Assembly (NCBI GenBank): GCA_963813715.1
Contig: CAWFAK010000007.1
Coordinates: forward strand, 320,001 to 384,000
Length of the DNA: 64,000 bases
Direction: 5' to 3'
Source: an uncultured Planctomycetaceae bacterium
GTDB lineage: Bacteria; Planctomycetota; Planctomycetia; Planctomycetales; Planctomycetaceae
The notes under the pieces were generated by a model that searched no databases, was not told the DNA's origin, and saw nothing but the letters and a program-made list of their open reading frames with translations. Shown one piece after another: positions 44,704 to 54,398 of the stretch. Each line of letters begins with the position of its first letter. Within the stretch, counting starts at the first letter, position 1. Both the position numbers and the translations under genes were made by a program.

Positions 44704-45115
44704 GATGCCAAAACTCCAAACGGACCAGGTAAGCCAAGAGACCGATTGCGATGGCGGGGACGTAGGCCAGATCGCGACGCCCGCGAATCACCGCGACGAG
44801 CGCCAGCACACCTCCCGATAGCGCGACCCAAAAGAGGGCCGACAAGAGCGCGAGCGGGCCGAGGGCCGCGCCCAGCGCGACAACAAGCTTGACGTCGCCG
44901 CCGCCGAAGCCGCCGAGAGCATAAAGCGGAAGCGTCAGCGCGAGGCCGAGCCCGGCTCCTAGCGCAAGTCCCGCCCACGTGACCTCCGTGAAGCCGGCCG
45001 CGATCGCCGCGACCGCGCAAACGACGAGCGCGGCCCCGATCCAGTCGGGCACCTCGCGCCGTCGCAGGTCGTAAACGGTGGCGACCAGGGTCAGTCCGAT
45101 CGCGATGAAAATCAT
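44687..45115 (-). CDS. cpaA: Prepilin peptidase TadV/CpaA (peptidase A24)
   Basis: YDLRRREVPD and GGGDVKL catalytic Asp motifs, and YVPAIA. Confidence 0.92.
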   Translation of the reverse strand: MIFIAIGLTLVATVYDLRRREVPDWIGAALVVCAVAAIAAGFTEVTWAGLALGAGLGLALTLPLYALGGFGGGDVKLVVALGAALGPLALLSALFWVALSGGVLALVAVIRGRRDLAYVPAIAIGLLAYLVRLEFWHHASVL

Positions 45116-45209
45116 GGTGTTGCTTGGGTTGCAGATGCGGTCACGTCGCGGAGACTCCCTGCGCCGACGGAGGCGCAGGGAGCCCGGTCAGGACGCGAAG
45201 GGGGTTACG

Positions 45210-45572
45210 TCATTGCGACTCGATAATCGTGCCACCGAGTCCGTTCGTCGCGTTGGGCGATTGCGCACCGTAGAGGTTGGTGCCGAGCCGATCCGTGCCG
45301 TCGTTGGCGAGGATCCCGACCGTGCTGACCTCGATCGCCTTGCCGGTCAGTCCGCCCGAAGTGTCGGTTTCAATCAAGTGGCCGCTGGTAATCGGGTTGT
45401 TGTCATCCTGATGAGCACCGGGCAGCAGGACGGCAGCCGCGTCCATCAGATCCGAGGTCTTGTGGCCGAGCAAGGAAATGCCAACCAGTGACACGATAGC
45501 GATGCCGGAGACGAGTAGGGCGTACTCAACGAGCCCCTGACCTTTGCGATCACGTGCGAGTCTGCGAAACAT
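45210..45572 (-). CDS. flp: Flp family type IV pilin with C-terminal extension
   Basis: MFRRLARDRKG|QGLVEYALL, the Flp G|xxxxEY motif, then a hydrophobic helix. First structural gene of the operon. Confidence 0.88.
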   Translation of the reverse strand: MFRRLARDRKGQGLVEYALLVSGIAIVSLVGISLLGHKTSDLMDAAAVLLPGAHQDDNNPITSGHLIETDTSGGLTGKAIEVSTVGILANDGTDRLGTNLYGAQSPNATNGLGGTIIESQ

Positions 45573-45916
45573 GAGAGCACCTTTCGAGGGAAAAGGAACC
45601 AAGGATGCAGGAAGAAGAACTAGGACGCGGATATCGTTAAAACCGTCTCGCCTCCGCCGCGATTTCGGCGCGGGGCTGCGGTCTGACCAACCATTCGCCT
45701 CGCGCTAGGCGCACACGGAGACGAGAACGGCGTTGCAGCAATGGTCTCGGTACGCGGCCGTTGATGAGTCAGTCGACGCAGACCGAAGCGACGACTAGCT
45801 GCCGGAGGCGGGGAGTCCCCTGAATCTCCGGATCCCACTCAATTCGCGCAACAGCAATCGCAATTGATCTGCGCGAAGCAACGAACCTTCAGTGGGTGTG
45901 CCGCGACAAGAGAGCG

Positions 45917-46285
45917 TCAGGCGCAGGGAGGCGGACGCGGACCCGCAATGCCGAGGGCAAAGACTGCCACGATCGGCGGGAAGAAATGCGGCGGCGCGGG
46001 TACGACGGCTTGAGTCAGCTCGCTGCCGGCGATGGTCGCCGCAATCTGACCTTGCGCCTGGAACTGGCAAATCGGGCAAGTGTCGGCATCGTGGGCATAG
46101 TCGACAGCGTCCGCCCGAAGGGCAGTCGACGGATCACTGGCCGGCACTGCCTCAGAGGCGATGGCACGCACCGCATGCTCGTGCTCGCAGCCCAACAGCT
46201 CATGCAGGCCCGGCCCCAACAGCATCATCCCCGTGTAGAGGACGAGCATGCCGGCTACGAAAGCTCGTTTCGGGCGAACCAGCAT
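45917..46285 (-). CDS. DUF2946/CruR-like leader protein (TM, His-rich, CxxC, C-terminal RPPP)
   Basis: Hydrophobic N-terminus, LHELLGCEHEH, HDADTCPICQF, C-terminus GIAGPRPPPCA*. Confidence 0.78.
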   Translation of the reverse strand: MLVRPKRAFVAGMLVLYTGMMLLGPGLHELLGCEHEHAVRAIASEAVPASDPSTALRADAVDYAHDADTCPICQFQAQGQIAATIAGSELTQAVVPAPPHFFPPIVAVFALGIAGPRPPPCA

Positions 46286-46330
46286 CGGGCAGAATCCACC
46301 AAAAATGCCGCGGCGCAACTCAATCGCAAG

Positions 46331-46345
46331 CGCAACTAAGTTGCG
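46331..46345. promoter_or_regulatory. Palindromic operator CGCAAC-TAA-GTTGCG (candidate Fur-family box)
   Basis: Perfect 6-3-6 inverted repeat abutting the -10 box, nested in a wider AATCGCAA/TTGCGATT repeat. A Fur-family gene is divergent from it. Confidence 0.7.
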
Positions 46346-46374
46346 ATTATGGAAACACTCCTTTGCGTTGTCAA
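46346..46374 (-). promoter_or_regulatory. sigma70-type promoter TTGACA-N17-CATAAT driving the leader-tad operon
   Basis: Minus strand -35 TTGACA (46374-46369), 17-nt spacer, -10 CATAAT (46351-46346). Confidence 0.85.
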
Positions 46375-46571
46375 CGAGATTCGGGGACGGTCTCGATCAA
46401 TTTGTCGCAAGTTTTTCTGGAGCAATCTTGCGGCAAATTCATCGAAAGTGCCAAGGCGAGCGCCGTTTGCTAAACTGCATGGCGACCAACCATTCGAAGA
46501 CCTGCCTCCGCGAGCGATCACCGACCGTCCGCGGGTAGCCGGGCCTTCGCCGTTCGACAAAAAGCGGTCTC

Positions 46572-47015
46572 ATGACATCCACCAAAGCCAGTGGTGAGCG
46601 CGAGGCGCTGTGCGCTCGCATGCAGGAATTCGGTCTCCGCTGTACGGCCGCGCGGCTCGCGGTCCTGGGAGAATTGCAACGCTCGACGAGTCCGCAGAGC
46701 CACGCGGACATCGCCCGAGCGCTCGCCCCTTTGGAACTCGACCGCGCGACGGTTTATCGCAATTTGATGGAGCTGAGCGAATCCGGCCTCGTGTCGCGAC
46801 TCGACTTGGGCGACCACATCTGGCGATTTGAGCTGCGGAAAAACGGCCAGGGCGACCTGGCCGAACACGCCCATTTTCTCTGCACCGAGTGTGGTCAGGT
46901 CTCCTGCCTCGACGGCGTCGAAATTCGTGTCACTCCGACCCCGCGGCGCAAACGCTCGTCGCTCGGCAACGTCACCGAAATCCTGCTCAAGGGCCGGTGC
47001 GTGCGTTGCTCCTAA
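46572..47015 (+). CDS. Fur-family metalloregulator (Zur/Fur/Nur-like)
   Basis: LRCTAARLAVL, DRATVYRNL, EHAHFLCTECG and C-terminal CVRC. Confidence 0.93.
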   Translation: MTSTKASGEREALCARMQEFGLRCTAARLAVLGELQRSTSPQSHADIARALAPLELDRATVYRNLMELSESGLVSRLDLGDHIWRFELRKNGQGDLAEHAHFLCTECGQVSCLDGVEIRVTPTPRRKRSSLGNVTEILLKGRCVRCS

Positions 47016-47228
47016 GGAGCACGTCAGCAGTTGGTTGGCCAATGCTGCTCAGCGATCGCAGCCTTCGATGACGTTGGATTTTCCCGAATTGATCCGAATC
47101 TGAATCTCAATCCAGATTCGACCTTTGTCAGAATCCCTGCTCCGGGATCTCGGCGGCAGCCGAATCTGCCTCAGCCGCGAATCAAGCGACTCGAGCAGCC
47201 GAAAGTTTCCGATTGACGCCGGCCAAGA

Positions 47229-48593
47229 TTACCACCGGAGAATTACGTCCGTGGCGACTGTGAACAGGCTGTGCTTGTCCTCGAAAGGACGGGAGTCTGC
47301 GTTGTAGTCGTAACGCAATTCCGGCCGCACGACGATCCACTTCCAAGGCTTGAACGACAAGCCCGCGGTCAAGTCGGTGTAAAGGCCGGCGAAGCCGGTG
47401 CGTTGCCCCTGCTCGTCGTCAAAGAATTCCAGTCGCGTGGTGCCGCTCAGCCGCGGCGAGAACTCGTAGATCAAATAGTTCGGGAAGCCGATCCAAGTGG
47501 CCGTGCCAATGTTGGGAACGTCGGTCGTCAGGCCGAACAGGCTCTCGAAGTTGTACGTCAGCTTATTGCTGAATTTGTGCGTGTAGACCAGATCGAGCAC
47601 CTCGGGGTTGTCGTGATTGTAGGCTTGTAGGTAGCGACCCGAACCGAGAATCACGTTGAACAACACGCTGTCGTTTTGATCCTTTGAGGTCCATTTCACG
47701 CTGCCGATGAACGTCGGGGTGGCCGCTGGATCGATGAAGACGTCGCTGCCCGTCACGAGCCCGGCCTGCAGGGTCCAAGCGTCGGAGAGCTTGGTCGTCG
47801 TCAAAATGCCGGTGTGCGTAAACGGATCGTACAGGTCGGTGTAGGCGTGTGAGAACAGGGGCGTGTTGATCGTGTCGGTCGTCTCCACGCCATACTGCGA
47901 AAAGAAGTGCCCAATCTTCACATCCATGCCTTGGGCGATGCTGGGAAAATAGGCCTCCCCATAGAACTGGATCGGGTCGATTCCGTAGAGGTTCGGACCG
48001 CCGTGATCGTCAGTGAGCTGTCCGCTGAAGAGTCCTCGCGCCAGCGTGAACCGATAGTCTGATCCAGGCAGAATGGTGTCGGACCGGAAGCCAAAACTCG
48101 AGTCACTGCTGTTCGTATCAACGGGCTGATCGATGCGCAACCAGTTTTGATCGAGCAAGAAGTTGTTTGCCAGATAGTTGAAACCCAGAGGCAAATTGAT
48201 GCTGCGGTCCGTGCTGCCGGTAAAGGACATATCGGTCCAGCCGTAGATCTGGATCCGGTTGTCGGCGAGAAACGAGCCAAGCGAGGTTCCCCGGAGGGAG
48301 CGCATCAAGAGCCATTCGTCCGTGGCGGGTTCGGCAGGCGGAGCGGAGGTTGGTGCGTCGGGATTTGCAGGCGCTTGGGCCTGAAGTGACGCGACCGCCG
48401 ACTCCAGCGAAATCTGCGTTACCGGAAGCGCCGAATCGCTTTGATCCGATCCGCCGTCGCGATCCTCGGCCGGCAAGAGCCTGGGTCCGCAGGCCAGCCA
48501 GGCGCCGAGAAGAGCGCGCAGGATGAGACGGCGCACGGCCGGTCGATCATGACGGCTTTGAAACACAACGAAGATATCGGTTGCCCGCTGCAC
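47229..48593 (-). CDS. Outer-membrane beta-barrel porin (DUF1597/BBP2-like)
   Basis: Signal region, IYGW, DVKIGHF, PFTHTG and RPELRYD motifs, terminal aromatic W. Confidence 0.82.
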   Translation of the reverse strand: MQRATDIFVVFQSRHDRPAVRRLILRALLGAWLACGPRLLPAEDRDGGSDQSDSALPVTQISLESAVASLQAQAPANPDAPTSAPPAEPATDEWLLMRSLRGTSLGSFLADNRIQIYGWTDMSFTGSTDRSINLPLGFNYLANNFLLDQNWLRIDQPVDTNSSDSSFGFRSDTILPGSDYRFTLARGLFSGQLTDDHGGPNLYGIDPIQFYGEAYFPSIAQGMDVKIGHFFSQYGVETTDTINTPLFSHAYTDLYDPFTHTGILTTTKLSDAWTLQAGLVTGSDVFIDPAATPTFIGSVKWTSKDQNDSVLFNVILGSGRYLQAYNHDNPEVLDLVYTHKFSNKLTYNFESLFGLTTDVPNIGTATWIGFPNYLIYEFSPRLSGTTRLEFFDDEQGQRTGFAGLYTDLTAGLSFKPWKWIVVRPELRYDYNADSRPFEDKHSLFTVATDVILRW

Positions 48594-48904
48594 GCCGCCC
48601 CACCATGCGGAGCAACGATTGACGGCTCTTGGCGAGCCTTTGACCGGTCCAACGGCCCTCGGGTCAGCGCAATCGTCATAACCGGAGCATCTTTAAAAGC
48701 CTTCGGACGTTCGTGAGAACGACCAGGGGCCGCAATCGCAGTCACTCGACAAGACTAGCTCCATTTGCAGTCGTCACGGACCCGCCCAAATGACGACTTT
48801 TCGACAATTGGCGGGTTTTCGGCAAACCCTCCTGGAACGTGCCCCCGGGGCCTTATTAGTCTGACCTTTATCGCCCGAAAGCGCCGCAACTTGCGGACGA
48901 TGCA

Positions 48905-50401
48905 TTGAGCCCGGTTGTTGCGCGACAGGAGGCCCTTGTGGCTGGCCCGCCAATTACGCAATCAGTGACTTCCACTTCGGCAGCCGCGCCAGCGGGTGCA
49001 GCCCCGGCCCCGCCCGCCAAAACAGAGACGCCGCCGGGAGAAACCGCCGGAAAAAAGAACCCCAGGCGGTTTTGGTCCATCGTGCTGGTCTCCGTTCTGG
49101 GGGTCATCGCGATTGCGTTTCTCGCTCGATGGGCCATTGGTCGAGCGACCTCTTCGATCACGGACGACGCGTTCATTGAGGCGCATATCGTCAACGTCGC
49201 GCCGCAGTCGGTGTCCGGAGACCTCGTCCGTAACCTCGTCGAAGAAAATGACCGAGTCGAGCAGGGACAACTGCTTGCTGAGATCGATCCTGTCCCCTAT
49301 CGCGACCAGGTCGAGCTGGCGCGCAGCAAGCTGGACGGTGCAGAGGCGGAATTGCGGCGTCAGCAAGCCGCGCTCGACCGTCTCAAGCAGGAAGTCCCAA
49401 TTCAAATCGAGATTTCCCGGCGCTCGCACGCGGCGGCCCAAGCGGACCAGGCCCGAGCGAAGGAGGCTCTCAAGCTCACGATCGACAGCGTCGAGAAAGG
49501 CGTCGAGGAAGCCCAGGCCGGTCTGGCCGCGGCAAAGGCGGATCTGGTTTTGGCGGAGCAGGAGTACACAAGGTTCTCGACGCTGTACAAGCAGGACGCG
49601 GTGCCGTTGCGGCGCTCCCAAGAGGTGACGCGTTCGAAAGACGCTGCAGAAGCACAGCGCAACTTGGCGGCAGCGAAACTCGCCAAGGCGGAGGCCGAGC
49701 GGACACAAATCGAAGTCGCGAAACGCACCTTAGAGGCTGCTGAAAAAACAACTCTGAAGGCGGCAAGCGGAGTTGACCTCGCTGAGACCGGCAACGCTCA
49801 GATCCGAGAAATGGAACTTCTGACGGCTCTCAAGAAAGAGGACGTTAAAGAGGCACAGCGGGCGCTGATTTCCGCCGAGGACCAGCTCAAGTACACGCAA
49901 ATTCATGCTCCGTTTCCTGGCATCATCGTGAAGCTCTACCGTCACCTCGGTGATTTTGCATCGGCCGGCGTCCCGATTCTCAGCATGTACAACCCCGACC
50001 TCATGTATGTGACCGCGAACTTGGAAGAGACGCGGCTGCGCGGGGTGGCACCTGGAAATGCGGTTGAGCTCCAAATCGACGCCTTCGCCGAACCGTTCCG
50101 GGGCCGAGTCGTTTGGATCGACAAATCGACCGGAGCGGAGTTCTCGCTGATGCCGCGGAACGTCGTTTCGGGCGAGTTCACAAAAGTCGTGCAACGCGTG
50201 CCGGTGCGAATTCAGATCGAAAAGGACGATCGCTGGCCCAATCTGCAGGCGGGGCTTTCGGTCCGAGCGATCATCAGCCACGGGGCGGGCGACCCGGAAT
50301 GGGCGAAACGCGCCGCTGGTGAGATGTCGGACCTCGAAACTCGCTTCAACCGGAGTCAGAACGACCAGATCCCGGCTGCACCGTCTGGCGCGCAACGATG
50401 A
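48905..50401 (+). CDS. HlyD/EmrA-type membrane fusion protein
   Basis: TM helix, TDDAFI, IHAPFPG, ANLEET and GEFTKVVQRVPVRI. Confidence 0.92.
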   Translation: MSPVVARQEALVAGPPITQSVTSTSAAAPAGAAPAPPAKTETPPGETAGKKNPRRFWSIVLVSVLGVIAIAFLARWAIGRATSSITDDAFIEAHIVNVAPQSVSGDLVRNLVEENDRVEQGQLLAEIDPVPYRDQVELARSKLDGAEAELRRQQAALDRLKQEVPIQIEISRRSHAAAQADQARAKEALKLTIDSVEKGVEEAQAGLAAAKADLVLAEQEYTRFSTLYKQDAVPLRRSQEVTRSKDAAEAQRNLAAAKLAKAEAERTQIEVAKRTLEAAEKTTLKAASGVDLAETGNAQIREMELLTALKKEDVKEAQRALISAEDQLKYTQIHAPFPGIIVKLYRHLGDFASAGVPILSMYNPDLMYVTANLEETRLRGVAPGNAVELQIDAFAEPFRGRVVWIDKSTGAEFSLMPRNVVSGEFTKVVQRVPVRIQIEKDDRWPNLQAGLSVRAIISHGAGDPEWAKRAAGEMSDLETRFNRSQNDQIPAAPSGAQR

Positions 50402-51988
50402 GTCAGGTCAAGACGATCACGTCGCAGTCCCCCGCAGTCGCACAATCCGAACCGACTCCCGCGGACAGAGCGGCTTGGCTCGCCGCTCTCGCGGTTGTCC
50501 CGATCCTGGCCACCGTTTACCAGACCCTGGTCCTCACGGACGTGACCTCCGACGTCATCCGCAAAGGCATCGAGGGTGACAAGTACGCCATGATTTGGAC
50601 AGACGTCTGCTGGGGAGTGGCAACTTTGTACGGGGTCTTCGCTGGTCTTTGGGCCATGCCCCGATTCGGCGCACGGATCATGCTGCAAATCGGATTGGTT
50701 TGGTTTGCAGTCGGCAACCTTCTCTGCGGAGCAGCGCTCGACGTCACGTCGCTATCGGTCGCGAAACTCGTCGAAGGCATTGGCAAGGGCCTGGTGATCA
50801 TCCTCTGTCGCGCAACACTCTATCGCCAGTTTGATCGCATGGTGATCGTGGCGATTGGCTTTTACGGAATCGTCGCCTATGCCACCCGGCCCACCACACC
50901 CCTCGTGACGGCGCTGATCAACGACGCGTTTTCCTGGCGCTGGATTTTTTGGGTCAACATCCCCTTCGCCCTCTTGGCGATCCCTCTGGTGCGACGGTTC
51001 ATTCGACCCGATCGTCCGCCGCGACCAATCCTACTGCACATCGACTGGATCGCTGTCACTTTGTTGACGGGCTGGGCTGTTAGTCTCGCATTCTGCTTCG
51101 GCTGGTACCGGAAATGGGGCGGGTGGTCGTCGAATGAATTCACGATTGTTGCCGTGCTTGACCTCGTGATACCGGCCATTCTGGCCGCTTGGGTCGCTGG
51201 CGGGATCAGTGCCGACGAGCACCTCCGCAGAATTGTCCGCGTTCGGGTTTACGTGTTAGCCATGTGCTGTCGCATGCTCCTGTTAGTACAGCTTTTGGCA
51301 GGCATGACCTTAATGGCGAGTTATCTCGTCGAGCTGCGCGACTATCCCCGTGTGGTCGCCGGGTGGATCCTCGCTTCGGCGACGATCATGATGGTAGTCT
51401 CGACTTTCTTGACGACCTATTTTCATCAACGGTCGCTCCGGCATTTTTGGCTCTTCGTGGGAATCGTCGGCTGCGCCGCGTGCTTGTGGTGGATGGCTTC
51501 GGTCGACAATTTCACGAGCAAGGAACGCATCGCCCTCATGATGGCCTGCTGGGGGCTGTTTTTGGGTCTGCTGCCGCCGAGCTTCCTTCAGGACGAAGTC
51601 GAGGCGCTGGATCGCCGCGATGCACTTTATGCCGGTGCGCTCGCGGTCGTCGCTTTGATCGTTCCAATCATCGTGATTCCGACGATGACGAGCACGATCG
51701 TCTCTGCATGGACCGATCGGGCGGCCGACGCGCAGCGGCTGAACCTGCACGAGAATAGCCCGGCAGTTCATGATTCCTCTGCACGGGTAGCCGACTACTA
51801 CCACCAACGGGGAGTCGAAGGCCCCGAACTCTCGCAGAGACACTTCCACGGTTTTGGGAGCATTCGTGAAGACGGAAGCCGTGGCCATGGGGATTCAGCG
51901 CGGCCTGCAGTTCCTGAGCCTCGTTGTCGGTGGGATTGGCTTGTGCGTAGGGGGCTTGCTGGTCTGGCCGCGTAAGAGTGCGGCTTAA
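50398..51988 (+). CDS. MFS efflux transporter, EmrB/DHA2-like (frameshift near 51840)
   Basis: Multi-TM with SWRWIFWVNIP. ATGA overlap with the EmrA-like gene. Confidence 0.85.
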
Positions 51989-52036
51989 AGCCGGGCGTCC
52001 GGCGGTGAGCTTGGGTGGATGAAAGGACGACTTCAA

Positions 52037-52552
52037 ATGCCCGACGTCGGCCATTTGTGGGCTGTCGGATTCGACGACGTCTCTGGTGCGGATCGAGTCT
52101 GCGGTCAGATCGTTAAGCTCGCCGAACGGCATTGCCTGGTCCTTACAGACTGGACCGTGGCGGTGCGGTACCGCGACGGATCGTTCACCGTCGGCGGTGA
52201 GCCACTGCTGCAACCCAGCTGGCATGGCCGCCTGGCCAACTTCTTCGCCAGCCTGGCATTGGGCGCGCCGCCACTGACAAGTGCGGCGGTCGGAGCTTTT
52301 ACGAGTGGCGCCCAGACGGATACTGGCATCAGCGACGACTTCGTCGGACAAGTCAAGGAGCTCATGAAGCCGGGGACTTCGGCTCTGTTCGTTGTCGACG
52401 CGGCAGCGGATTTGAACGCGATTCTCGAGGGAATTCGAGGTCTGGGCGGGACGGTGCTGAAGACCAACGTCGACTTGGACCGCGCTCGGCTGATTCAGGC
52501 GACACTTGCGGGCTCTTCCGGCCACCAGCAAAACGACTCAAAGCCCGGCTGA
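52037..52552 (+). CDS. DUF1269 domain protein
   Basis: DTGISDDFV..VKELMKPGTSALF and GGTVLKTN motifs. Confidence 0.85.
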   Translation: MPDVGHLWAVGFDDVSGADRVCGQIVKLAERHCLVLTDWTVAVRYRDGSFTVGGEPLLQPSWHGRLANFFASLALGAPPLTSAAVGAFTSGAQTDTGISDDFVGQVKELMKPGTSALFVVDAAADLNAILEGIRGLGGTVLKTNVDLDRARLIQATLAGSSGHQQNDSKPG

Positions 52553-52633
52553 GATGCCGCGAAGCGCCCGTCGAAACGGAAGCTGGGCCGACACAGTGCG
52601 CGATCGGATCGCGAAACCGGCTTCGCCGAAGGC

Positions 52634-54245
52634 CTAGCGACTGTTCCGTTCCGTGTTTTGCCCCATCACGTAGTCGAGTCGGGCTCGCGCCGTCAAATAC
52701 TCGTAGGTCGAGTTGAGATAATCTTGCTCGGCGCGCGTGAGAGCCGTCTCTGCGTCGGTTATCTCCGTGGGGGTTGCGTCACCCTGTGCGGCTCTTGCTT
52801 TGACCAGTCGATAGTTTTCCCGTGCTTGCGTGACGGCCGGCTTCGCAAGGTCGATGGCCCGGAACGAGGTGATCGACTGTTGGTAGGCTTCGACGGTTTG
52901 GAAACTGATCGTGTCGGCGATGGAATCGGCAAGCGCCATGGCGGCGCGCGTTTTGGAATCGGCGACCCGCAGCTCGCCCACGCGCCGACCTCCCTCGAAC
53001 AGGCCCCATTCCAATTTGATGAAGCCCAGGCCCAGGCCAACATTGGCTCGCGGTGTCGCCTGCTCGAAATTAATGTAATCCCCCTCGGCGAAAATCTTCG
53101 GCAGGAAGTCGGCCTTCGCGACGCGCGATCCCTCATGAGCCACTTGCACGCTGGTGCGCGCGACGTCCAGTTCCCGTCGTTGTGACGCGGCTGCCTGCAA
53201 GCACTCGCCAAGTGAGCTCGGTGGTGGCGGAATCTCGCCAACTTCCATGACCGCGGTCGGAGAGGTCACATTCACTCCCATCGCCAGGTTGAGCGCCGCA
53301 ACCGCGATGTCGACGGCGCCGTCGGTGCTTTCTAGTTGCCGCTGGCTTTGAGCCAACTGCACTTCTGCCCGCAGGACCTGTTCGCGCTCGATGACGCCCC
53401 CTTTTTCGAGCTTGCGCCACGCCGAGATCGTCGTCGGCTCGGCGGACGGCGTCTTGGGCGATTCGTCGCAGCGCCATCGTCTGCAAAACCTTGTAATAGG
53501 CGACGGTAACTTCATTGGCCACGGTCTGATAAGCGCGATCGGTCTGCAATCGCGCAATCTCGACGCCCAATTCGGCCTGGCAGTAGCGGCCCGAGCGGCG
53601 TCCGAAATCGCAAATCAACCACTGCATCCTGACTTCGGCCAGACCATAACCCGATGCCAAATCGAGCCCAATGGGCACGACGGCTCCGGGAGGCAAGAAG
53701 CTGAATGACTGCGACTGTCCGTTCACATCGAGATCGAAGCCACCTCCCGAGATCCCCCCGGAAAGCGTCGGGAGGTACGGAGCAAACGCAACATCCGCGT
53801 GGCCTTGGGCCTCATCGATGCTCTCGAGAAAGACTCGCAGCCGGGGTTGCATCCGGAAGGACGTCTCGATCGCCTCTGACAGACTCATTTTCCCGACTTG
53901 CCCCGGTTCTGTTGCAACTGAACCGGTCGCAGCAGGCATTGGAGGCAGAGCCGCAGAGCCATCGCGGGACGACGCGACCGGCGGCTCAGAACTTCCAGGC
54001 TGCGAGCTATCCGTGGCGGAGGCGGGAATAACGGTCTGCGACGCGCGTTCGGATACAGCCTCAGCCGGATGCGTGCCCTTGTTCGCGACCTCTGGATTGG
54101 ACGGCGTCGCGCGAGCAGAGTCGGCCGTACTGACCCCTGGCGAGCAGATTCGCTCAGCGAGGTGATCTTGCGGACGGCTCTCCGGAGAGGCGCAGCCGGC
54201 TGCGAAAACAGCGGCAAACGCGAATCGGATGAGCTTGGCCGACAT
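52634..54245 (-). CDS. TolC-family outer-membrane efflux lipoprotein (frameshift near 53420)
   Basis: Lipobox FAAGC, MSLSEAIE, PYLP, DFG, AYY and W.LFEGG repeats. Confidence 0.88.
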
Positions 54246-54398
54246 CCGTCGTCACTCACGGGGCTCGCTGTCCCGCGAGTTGCCAACCGTGCCGTGAGCC
54301 CCCCCAGAACCGGTTGTATCGACTATATCGGATACGCGGGGGATGAACCTGAAGCGGAACCCAGGAGGTCACACAGCTTGGCGGGTCAATTCCCTAGG

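Noticed and set aside
48884..48896. CCGCAACTTGCGG palindrome upstream of the efflux genes as a second Fur-type box
   Set aside because: The spacing differs from the 6-3-6 operator and no promoter is evident. Not supportable.
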